In this document: positions 46,160 through 52,532 of the stretch, in pieces
Numbering within the stretch: position 1 is the first letter of the stretch
Layout of the letters: each line of letters begins with the position of its first letter
Virus record (IMG/VR): IMGVR_UViG_3300032046_005782
Location: 1 to 52,532 of that record
DNA: 52,532 nt
Reading direction: 5' to 3' (one strand)
Source: a virus
Taxonomy: Duplodnaviria; Caudoviricetes
Made by a program: the position numbers and the translations under genes
The notes under the pieces: model-generated
Databases searched by the model: none
Told to the model about the DNA's origin: nothing
Seen by the model: the letters and a program-made list of their open reading frames with translations, nothing else

Positions 46160-46409
46160 CGGGGCCCGGGTCGTCTAGTCCAGGCATGAGCAGTTGACCG
46201 GTGAGGGTCGTCCGCTGATCAGGCGGGAGGGCATCCTGCCGATCGGTGGCCACTCGCAGGTTGGCCTGGTAGGCCAGGCGGAGGGCGGCGATCTGACGTC
46301 GGTGCGCTTCCTGCACTCGTTCATCCACTGGCCTGGCCTGCCATCCTTCTGCCGTCATTTCGTCGGCGATCTGCATCTGCAGATCGAGCATGTTGATTGG
46401 TTGTGTCAT
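46152..46409 (-). CDS. Hypothetical protein
   Basis: MTQPINML...; coupled to the upstream gene. Confidence 0.65.
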   Translation of the reverse strand: MTQPINMLDLQMQIADEMTAEGWQARPVDERVQEAHRRQIAALRLAYQANLRVATDRQDALPPDQRTTLTGQLLMPGLDDPGPAK

Positions 46410-46654
46410 TCTTCTGGCTCCACGGTCGGGCGAGGGTCGTGTTCCCCCCTGACTTGCTGCTGGTTCAGCCAGACGGCTATCTCGATGGCGGCAGGGGTCT
46501 CGAAGATCAGCCTGCCTACGTAGAAGCAGGGGGACGGGTTCCACTCCCTGACTTGCCAGGTTCCGTCGAGAAAGTAGACGATCTTGGTATCGTCGGGGAG
46601 CAGCAGGGATTGGCCTGCGTAGAGAAACAGGTTACGGATTCCGATGCTGATCAT
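46406..46654 (-). CDS. Hypothetical protein
   Basis: Coupled overlaps and AAGGAGG RBS. Confidence 0.7.
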   Translation of the reverse strand: MISIGIRNLFLYAGQSLLLPDDTKIVYFLDGTWQVREWNPSPCFYVGRLIFETPAAIEIAVWLNQQQVRGEHDPRPTVEPEE

Positions 46655-46941
46655 GCTGCTGCTTCCTCCTTCAGGTGTTCGACCGGTGGGTCACCTTCCG
46701 GTGGTGTGTAGTCCAGGGGGAGCAGGACCACGGCGTTATAGGGCACTCGCGCAATCTGATGACGATATCGCCTGCGGCAGTGTGGACATATACGAACCGC
46801 ATCGAGGTTCAGTCCACGGTAGATTGACGTTACGTGCATGATTTCCCCTTGCTCAAAGATCGCTCCCCCATTAGTTTCCATCTGATACAGCAGGAGGACA
46901 TAGCGTCCTACCCAGTCACGCTTCAGTTTCAGGTTCGGCAT
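46651..46941 (-). CDS. Hypothetical protein with CPHC
   Basis: AAGGAG RBS; coupled. Confidence 0.7.
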   Translation of the reverse strand: MPNLKLKRDWVGRYVLLLYQMETNGGAIFEQGEIMHVTSIYRGLNLDAVRICPHCRRRYRHQIARVPYNAVVLLPLDYTPPEGDPPVEHLKEEAAA

Positions 46942-48301
46942 TTTCTGCTCCTTCCTCTAGGGCAAATGCGAGATCCAGGCGTTCGGCCTGGAGTACTCGG
47001 CAGGTGGTTCGTAGAATCAGGCTATTCATGCGATGCTGGAGCCAGTCTAGGGTCTGCGCGTTGTTGGCGATGACCGTCACGATGCCATCGTTGCGGGTGG
47101 CGGTTGTGTCTTTCAGCCAGGTATCAAAGGCGAGTTCCGTGGTCTGGAGCCGCAGTTGGGCCAGGATATCGGCCCACCATTCCGGCCTGGTGTCTGGTGC
47201 CGGCGCGCGGGCGGGGCCTGTACGGAATTGCTGGCCATAGGTCTGTGGGGCGTGGGCGGTCGCTTTCCCCTTCGTGGCCTGGCGTTCCTGCTGGCGTTCT
47301 TCCTCCTGGAGGGACTCCAGGGTGATGCTCCCTTCCCGAACGGCCGTCAGGAGCATGCCATACTCGTTGGCCCAGTTCTTGTAGAAGGCGTTACACTGGC
47401 CCTTCCAGCCATTGCGGAGGGTCCAGGCTTGCCAGGCGAGGCGGGCCTGGTCGGGCGATGCGCTTCCCCATCGCTCGATTATCTCGTGCACGTGGGTGAC
47501 GAGGTTCTGGCGTTCTTTAGGGGGTAGCGTCTCGATGCCGGGGATGCCGTTAAAGCGGCAGATGCCATCGACCACAATCTCGGCGCTGCTGCTTGCTCCC
47601 CCTGCTTGCACGGGGTCGGCCCAGTTCCCCTTACCATTACCATCCTGACTTACCAATGGGACTGATGCCTGCCGGGGTCCGAGGTACTGCTCCAGCAGGG
47701 CTTCACCCTCGACCGGTGCCGGTGCGAGATCGCTCCAGGGTTTGGGGACGTCGTCATACTCTCCGGCCTGCAGGCGGGCCAGGACGTCAGGGGGTAGTTC
47801 GACCGCGAAACCGGCCAGGGCCTGCTCCATTACCTGGTCGCGGAGGCGGCTGCGGAGGTAGCGGTCGAGCGGGTCGAGGTCGGGCAGTTCGGCTTTCATG
47901 TAGACGTCGATGGCTTCCTGGAGGGTCTGGTGTACGCGGACGCAGTTGTGCAGGAGGCTGTTCAGATCATATACCAGGGAGCAGACTCTCCCCTTGCGAA
48001 ACTTGCGGCTTGTGAACAGCAGTCCCTTCTCGCGCAGGTTCCGGGCATACCGCTTCTGGCTTGCTTCGCCTGCCATGCAGTGGAGGCTGGAGCGCTTTGG
48101 AAACGGGGACTCCGATGACCATTTGTAGGCCAGCAGATGGATCACCCACATCATTGCGCGATCCTCCACTCCCAGGAGGGTGTAGTTGTCCAGGACGATC
48201 CGGGGGATGGGGACAACCCCTTCGCTGATGGCGGGGCTGCCAAAGCGGACTTCAAACGAGTATTGCCCTGCGTCAGTTGGGAGGGGCAGTTGGATGTCCA
48301 T
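46916..48301 (-). CDS. Replication initiator: N-terminal DnaD-like winged helix, C-terminal DnaA domain-I-like
   Basis: GVVPIPRIVLDNYTLLG...VIHLLAYKW...PFP at the N-terminus; WWADILAQLRLQTTELAFDTWLKDT...NAQTLDWLQHRM at the C-terminus. Confidence 0.8.
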   Translation of the reverse strand: MDIQLPLPTDAGQYSFEVRFGSPAISEGVVPIPRIVLDNYTLLGVEDRAMMWVIHLLAYKWSSESPFPKRSSLHCMAGEASQKRYARNLREKGLLFTSRKFRKGRVCSLVYDLNSLLHNCVRVHQTLQEAIDVYMKAELPDLDPLDRYLRSRLRDQVMEQALAGFAVELPPDVLARLQAGEYDDVPKPWSDLAPAPVEGEALLEQYLGPRQASVPLVSQDGNGKGNWADPVQAGGASSSAEIVVDGICRFNGIPGIETLPPKERQNLVTHVHEIIERWGSASPDQARLAWQAWTLRNGWKGQCNAFYKNWANEYGMLLTAVREGSITLESLQEEERQQERQATKGKATAHAPQTYGQQFRTGPARAPAPDTRPEWWADILAQLRLQTTELAFDTWLKDTTATRNDGIVTVIANNAQTLDWLQHRMNSLILRTTCRVLQAERLDLAFALEEGAENAEPETEA

Positions 48302-48596
48302 CTTCCAGCATCTTCCTCAGTATCCAGGCTACCAGGCGGGCCAGTCTACCCTCGCGCATCACCAGGTAGGCGGGACGGCCTGGGTGGCGGGCGAGCACAC
48401 GGACGTTCATTCCACGTAGCATGACCAGGTGGCCGATCTGGAGGACTTCATCCGGGCGGTGGGTCGCATACGCCATTGCTGCTTCCGGTAGCATGGCGAT
48501 GATGCCGGTTCCGTTCCACTTGTAGGATTTATACCCTGCAGTCGGGTAGTCCCTGACGTGGATCGTGGTCGGCTGCTGTACGTTGGTTGCTTCCAT
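48273..48596 (-). CDS. Hypothetical protein
   Basis: AAGGAG RBS. Confidence 0.7.
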   Translation of the reverse strand: MEATNVQQPTTIHVRDYPTAGYKSYKWNGTGIIAMLPEAAMAYATHRPDEVLQIGHLVMLRGMNVRVLARHPGRPAYLVMREGRLARLVAWILRKMLEDGHPTAPPN

Positions 48597-48621
48597 CTTG
48601 CTCCTTGTTTTAGGGTGCATC

Positions 48622-48655
48622 GATGGGCCACAGACCGCAGGGTCTGTGGCCCATC
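48622..48655. terminator. Perfect 15-bp hairpin (terminator or processing site)
   Basis: gatgggccacagacc-gcag-ggtctgtggcccatc; no U tract. Confidence 0.5.
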
Positions 48656-48668
48656 CCCCAGGAGGAGT

Positions 48669-48887
48669 TCAGGCTTGCACAGTGGTGCTGGCCTGGACTT
48701 CTTCTTCCACAGTGGCGTAATGGTCACCCGTCTTGAGGTCGGTGACGACTTCGCCCAGGTTCCTCAGCCACTTCGTGAGATCGCGGCAGGCGGGGCCTGT
48801 AACCCCTTCGACCAGGGTGGTCATGTGGCCTGGTCGGGCGGGGTCAAACTTGATCTTGATTGTGTGTGACATCGTGGGTGTGTTCAT
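48669..48887 (-). CDS. DUF2997-family protein
   Basis: VEGVTGPACRDLTKWL.NLGEV....KTGDHY. Confidence 0.75.
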   Translation of the reverse strand: MNTPTMSHTIKIKFDPARPGHMTTLVEGVTGPACRDLTKWLRNLGEVVTDLKTGDHYATVEEEVQASTTVQA

Positions 48888-48891
48888 CTGG

Positions 48892-49296
48892 TCACTCCAT
48901 CGCCAGTCCCAGGGCTATCACCTGGCCTGCTTGGTTGTATTCGCGTTGGATGGTGTACCCCTCGCGGGTGGCTAGTCGCTCCGCCTCGACCACTGAGTAG
49001 TGGTAGGCGACTTCGCTCATGATCTGGCGGACTCTCCCACCTGCCCTGCCGTAGTCGTCATAGACGACCGTGTAGGTTCCATCGGCTGCTCTCGCCCATC
49101 CCATGTCGGCGAACATCCCCTTGACCTGGCTTTTGCGGATGATGAAATCGGCGGGGCGGGTGGCGCTGGCAAATCCATGCAGTTGGCCTGTCCCTACTTC
49201 GCAGGTAAACCCGAGACGCTCACCGACTTCCCGGAGGGTTTGGGCCAGGATGGCGGGGTCATCCAGTTTGGTCACGATTTCCAAGTAGTTGCTCAC
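48892..49296 (-). CDS. DUF1257 (Ycf35-like) protein
   Basis: MS....I.TKL.D...L...L...G, ADFIIRK, DMGW....DGTY....DDY. Confidence 0.8.
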   Translation of the reverse strand: MSNYLEIVTKLDDPAILAQTLREVGERLGFTCEVGTGQLHGFASATRPADFIIRKSQVKGMFADMGWARAADGTYTVVYDDYGRAGGRVRQIMSEVAYHYSVVEAERLATREGYTIQREYNQAGQVIALGLAME

Positions 49297-49320
49297 TGAT
49301 CCTCCTTGCGTGTGTTCTAC

Positions 49321-49355
49321 CTTATAGACGTATTATAGGCGGAAAACTTCAGTTG
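49321..49355 (-). promoter_or_regulatory. ECF-sigma-like promoter, copy 3
   Basis: CAACTGAAG-N16-CGTCTA. Confidence 0.75.
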
Positions 49356-49362
49356 GGGTAGT

Positions 49363-49602
49363 TCACTCGTCGAGGAGGCGCTTGAATTCGGATATCATGA
49401 ATTTGAGACGCTGCTGGCCATACTCCTTGAGAAAGACGTCCAGTCCCAGGCTGCACATGCGCACAAAAACCTCAGCGGGTTGCATGTTGCGGATCGTGAC
49501 GGTGGCCAGGCGTAGTTCTTGGGCCTGTTCATCTGGCAAGTCAGCCTGGTAGGTTGTGATACGAGCGCCATCCTTGACGGTTACGGTCACTTCCATGGGC
49601 AT
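49363..49602 (-). CDS. Hypothetical protein
   Basis: CAGGAGGA RBS. Confidence 0.7.
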   Translation of the reverse strand: MPMEVTVTVKDGARITTYQADLPDEQAQELRLATVTIRNMQPAEVFVRMCSLGLDVFLKEYGQQRLKFMISEFKRLLDE

Positions 49603-49615
49603 GGTGTTCCTCCTG

Positions 49616-50434
49616 TTATATGTCTTGATCCGGGTGCAGTACCAGGTTGGACTGCGCGAGTTGGTCCGCCATTTCTTCCGGTGTGAGCTCACTGAATTTC
49701 TGGAGCGTTTCGCGGGTGCGGGCGCTGAGGCTTGCTACCTGCGCGCGTTCGCCGTCTGTCCCATCCGGGTACGAGGTCCAGGCGGCTTGCCAATCTTCCT
49801 CGTCCGTGACGGTTCCATCGGTCGTGGCCCAGGACATGGCGGAAATCTCCGCGATCGTGGGGTATCCATAGGCTTGACGGATGGCCTTCGTCAGGGCGCG
49901 TTTCTGTGCCAAATCTTCCCAGGTCCAGTTCCGGAGTTCGGTATCGATGGGCCTGCCCGTATCGTCGAACATTTCCTGCGGCTTTACCACTCCGATGCTG
50001 GTGAAGGCGCAGGTGGCCCAGGCATCTGCATAGTCTGCTCCGCCTGCGGTCAAGGCGTTAAAGACGGGCATGGTGTCTACCCTCATCAACTGGCATTCGA
50101 AGGCGAGCGCTTTCTTTGGCACTCCGTGGCCAGTTACTTTGGTGAACTTGCGGACAAAGGGGCTTTTCGTGGTTGCCCAGGTTACAATCAGGGTGTACCC
50201 TGGGACTATCACGAATTTCCCGTCTTCCGTCACCCAGGCGCGAATCTGCCCGCTGAACGGATTTGCTCCCCACATCAAGGTGGCCTGGGCGGCTGCCAGG
50301 GCCTGTTCGTAGGAGAGATTTTCTCCGCCAGGGACGAGGCGCTGCCATCGGCGCGCGAGGGCGTCGAGCATGGCATCGCTTCCCCAGGGCTGCATCGAGC
50401 GTGTTACCATCGGTTTCTTCTGGTCGTTAGGCAT
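49616..50434 (-). CDS. RecT/Red-beta-like single-strand annealing protein
   Basis: GANPFSGQI and DLAQKRALTKAIRQAYG match the Bet/RecT motifs. Confidence 0.75.
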   Translation of the reverse strand: MPNDQKKPMVTRSMQPWGSDAMLDALARRWQRLVPGGENLSYEQALAAAQATLMWGANPFSGQIRAWVTEDGKFVIVPGYTLIVTWATTKSPFVRKFTKVTGHGVPKKALAFECQLMRVDTMPVFNALTAGGADYADAWATCAFTSIGVVKPQEMFDDTGRPIDTELRNWTWEDLAQKRALTKAIRQAYGYPTIAEISAMSWATTDGTVTDEEDWQAAWTSYPDGTDGERAQVASLSARTRETLQKFSELTPEEMADQLAQSNLVLHPDQDI

Positions 50435-50460
50435 TCTCGTTCCTCCTGAATCATGGTCTA

Positions 50461-50496
50461 CCTATCACACGAGTTGAGGTCGGAAAACTTCAGTTG
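50461..50496 (-). promoter_or_regulatory. ECF-sigma-like promoter, copy 4
   Basis: CAACTGAAG-N16-CGTGTG. Confidence 0.72.
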
Positions 50497-50516
50497 GTCA
50501 GGAGGCTGTCTGTGGT

Positions 50517-51098
50517 TTAGAAAAGCGCCATTTGTTCGCCTGGCAGGGCCAGGCTGGTCGGGGGGACGGCCACACCCAGGCTCTCGGTCATGCTCTGTAA
50601 CTCCGCCATGGCGATGTCCAGGGCCTGGTGTTCCATTTGCGTTCTGCTGCGGAATATGGCCTTCGACATCCCGGCTTTTGCTTGCTTGAGCAGGGCTTCC
50701 AGTTCTTCTTTGCAGTAGTGCACGCGCCTAATTGCCCAGGAGATCTGGACGGCGGGGGGCAGGCAGTCCACTCTTACCCAGTGGTCAATCTCGAAGCGGT
50801 CCGAGCGGTAGCAACCAATCGAGAAAGACAGCACGCAGTTGGGGTCGGGGCCCGGGTTCCCCACCCGGTCCAGTCCAATCTCTGTGACGGTGTGGGGGCT
50901 TGCGGTATAGAGATTCCTCCACACGGTTCCCGGCAGGCTCTCCATGGTCCAGGGCAGTGTGGTGTATTGCTCCGCTTCCCGCACATTGCCCTTCCCTGCC
51001 CGCAGGCATGCCCGCAGGTGTGCATGCTTTTCCTGGCTGTAGCGCCTTGCGTCATCAGGTGTCTGCACGCTCAGCGGGATGCAGGTATAGAGGTCCAT
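50517..51098 (-). CDS. Hypothetical protein
   Basis: MDLYTCIPL... after CAGGAGGA; TGATG coupling. Confidence 0.75.
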   Translation of the reverse strand: MDLYTCIPLSVQTPDDARRYSQEKHAHLRACLRAGKGNVREAEQYTTLPWTMESLPGTVWRNLYTASPHTVTEIGLDRVGNPGPDPNCVLSFSIGCYRSDRFEIDHWVRVDCLPPAVQISWAIRRVHYCKEELEALLKQAKAGMSKAIFRSRTQMEHQALDIAMAELQSMTESLGVAVPPTSLALPGEQMALF

Positions 51099-51508
51099 CA
51101 CTTGCCTTCCTCCTGGGCCTGGGCCTGCTTCAGAATCAGGGCTGCCAGGACTTTGGGGGCGTGCCAATCGTCGAGGGCCTGCTGCAGGACTTCGACCGAC
51201 TGCTTGAGGTAGTCTTCGCGCAACCAGGCGGCGTCTTCCCCTTCCCGCCAGAAGACATATTCTGCCCACTCGATGGGGTCTTCCGGGTGGAGTTCGTACT
51301 GCCAGACCTGCTCCGGCGTCAGGGGGTCCGGATAGACTACCCTGCCCAGAAAGCGAAACCCGGCCAGGTGACGCGGGGGGACGTCGGCGGTGATCACGTC
51401 GGGATGCAGGCGGGCGGGCATCCAGGCTTTCGTTTCCTCCGGGATGTATCCATCCGGCTGACACCCTATCGATGGGGGCCTATTGCGGTATAAATAGGCG
51501 GCTTTCAC
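51098..51508 (-). CDS. DarA C-terminal-like (defence against restriction) domain protein
   Basis: YRNRPPSIGCQPDG...GRVVYPDPLTPEQVWQYELHP. Confidence 0.65.
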   Translation of the reverse strand: MKAAYLYRNRPPSIGCQPDGYIPEETKAWMPARLHPDVITADVPPRHLAGFRFLGRVVYPDPLTPEQVWQYELHPEDPIEWAEYVFWREGEDAAWLREDYLKQSVEVLQQALDDWHAPKVLAALILKQAQAQEEGK

Positions 51509-51509
51509 G

Positions 51510-51875
51510 TTACTTCCCCTTCTCTGGACACAGGTGGGAGGCACTTTGGGCGGCCTGCAGGACGGTCACGTTCCACTCGACCATGTGCTGCTCGAGTGCA
51601 GGGACTGGCCACAGGGTGATTTTGTGGTCCACCCAGGGCTGCTGGTCGGCGCTTTGGCTTGCCTGCCGGATGGTTTCGCTCCAGGCATGCAGGTAGTGTT
51701 CGACGTCGAAGGCGGTGGCGAAGGTGCAGGCGGCTTCCACCAGGGCGTCTACCGGGGCGGTGATCAGCACGATGGTCAATTCCTTGATGGCAAAAACCGC
51801 CAGGCGGACTCTGCCGGTGGCCTGGTCTCGAATGCAAACGTGGACGAGTTTGATGCTGTGGGTCGCTTCACTCAC
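51510..51875 (-). CDS. Hypothetical protein
   Basis: GTG start after CAGGAGGA. Confidence 0.7.
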   Translation of the reverse strand: MSEATHSIKLVHVCIRDQATGRVRLAVFAIKELTIVLITAPVDALVEAACTFATAFDVEHYLHAWSETIRQASQSADQQPWVDHKITLWPVPALEQHMVEWNVTVLQAAQSASHLCPEKGK

Positions 51876-52092
51876 GGCTTCCTCCTGTTGTGAAATCGTA
51901 ATCCGTTTCAATGGACGCTGGTTTGTTGGTCAATCCCCCCCACTTCCTGAAGTGGGATGCTGAAACTCCCATGCCTGCGGCTGCATCTTTCAGGGTGTGT
52001 GCTTTGATGAGTAGGGGGTATCCACCACCATTGTAGGCGTAGACGTGCACGGGACATTTGTTTGGGACTCTCCATCGCTTATACCTGGGCAT
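51868..52092 (-). CDS. Small hypothetical protein, possible HTH
   Basis: TLKDAAAGMGVSASHFRKW. Confidence 0.6.
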   Translation of the reverse strand: MPRYKRWRVPNKCPVHVYAYNGGGYPLLIKAHTLKDAAAGMGVSASHFRKWGGLTNKPASIETDYDFTTGGSRE

Positions 52093-52094
52093 GG

Positions 52095-52430
52095 TCACGT
52101 TCCCCTGCGCTTTAGTCGTCGATGGAGGTGTCGTTGCGGTTTCACCTGTTCGGTGCGGATGCGTGGTTTCCGGCGCTTGCGCCACTTCACCTGTTCGGTG
52201 CGGATGCGTGGTTTCCGGCGCTTGCGCCACTTCACCTGTTCGGCGCGCTTGGACATGGCGGCGTGGGCGACTGCGTTCCGTGCACGGTCGGCGCTGATGT
52301 CGAATTCACGCGCGATCTGCGCTTCGACATCCGCGCGGTTCTTCACCTGGCTCTCGCCGTCGAGGCGGACGAGTTCGGCTGCGCGGGCATAGATGCGCTG
52401 GCGTTCGGCTTTCGTCACTCGATTGGTCAT
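52095..52430 (-). CDS. Basic hypothetical protein, possible DNA binding
   Basis: AAGGAGGA RBS; IAREFDISADRAR. Confidence 0.75.
   Translation of the reverse strand: MTNRVTKAERQRIYARAAELVRLDGESQVKNRADVEAQIAREFDISADRARNAVAHAAMSKRAEQVKWRKRRKPRIRTEQVKWRKRRKPRIRTEQVKPQRHLHRRLKRRGT
52141..52243. repeat. 45-bp exact tandem repeat (about 2.3 copies)
   Basis: Units at 52141, 52186 and 52231; encode EQVKWRKRRKPRIRT. Confidence 0.95.
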
Positions 52431-52532
52431 TGGTTCCTCCTTCCCCCTGGGTGGGTGGGTGGGTGGGTGGGTGGCCTGGGGCCGGGGGCGGGGCGGCGCG
52501 CCGCGGCGGACCCAGAAGGCCGACACCAGAAA
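52427..52532 (-). CDS. ftsK: 3' end of the FtsK-family gene (across the circular junction)
   Basis: In-frame continuation PFWCRPSG...GGRRNQ-TGA, with the stop overlapping the next ATG. Confidence 0.75.
   Translation of the reverse strand, partial: FWCRPSGSAAARRPAPGPRPPTHPPTHPGGRRNQ

Larger units (their letters stand above)
1..52532. mobile_element. Complete, circularly permuted tailed phage genome, probable phage-plasmid
   Basis: Full head, tail, lysis and packaging set plus parA, Rep and FtsK. No integrase recognised. An ORF is continuous across the 52532/1 junction. Confidence 0.85.

Noticed and set aside
1-52532. Polarised KOPS (GGGNAGGG) for the phage FtsK
   Set aside because: The octamer occurs on both strands in similar numbers by eye.

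Overview
The window looks like a complete, circularly permuted 52.5-kb GC-rich tailed (siphovirus-like) phage genome. An FtsK ORF runs off position 1, continues from 52532 and stops in an ATGA overlap with the next gene. No integrase is recognisable. It carries ParA plus a small partner with a candidate centromere, a DnaD/DnaA-domain Rep, an FtsK/SpoIIIE ATPase and a dif-like site, which suggests a phage-plasmid. The host is possibly Chloroflexota (weak inference). Plus strand: ParB-methyltransferase, terminases, portal-MuF fusion, then lysis, head and tail genes. Minus strand: replication, recombination and partition genes. The most striking feature is a 7.3-kb minus-strand array (about 12.4-19.7 kb) of roughly 13 small unknown genes inserted between the portal and the other head genes. 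Nine of its spacers hold the same structured element: a short hairpin, a 19-24 bp hairpin, usually a CCCTGACA box, then a CAGGAGG RBS. The stems show compensatory changes, and two copies have unrelated stem sequence but the same architecture. This is a candidate undescribed RNA-processing or cassette-shuffling system. Also present are a four-copy ECF-type promoter, a repeated TTGAC-TT-GTCAA operator and a -1 tail chaperone frameshift. All family calls are by eye, with no database searches.
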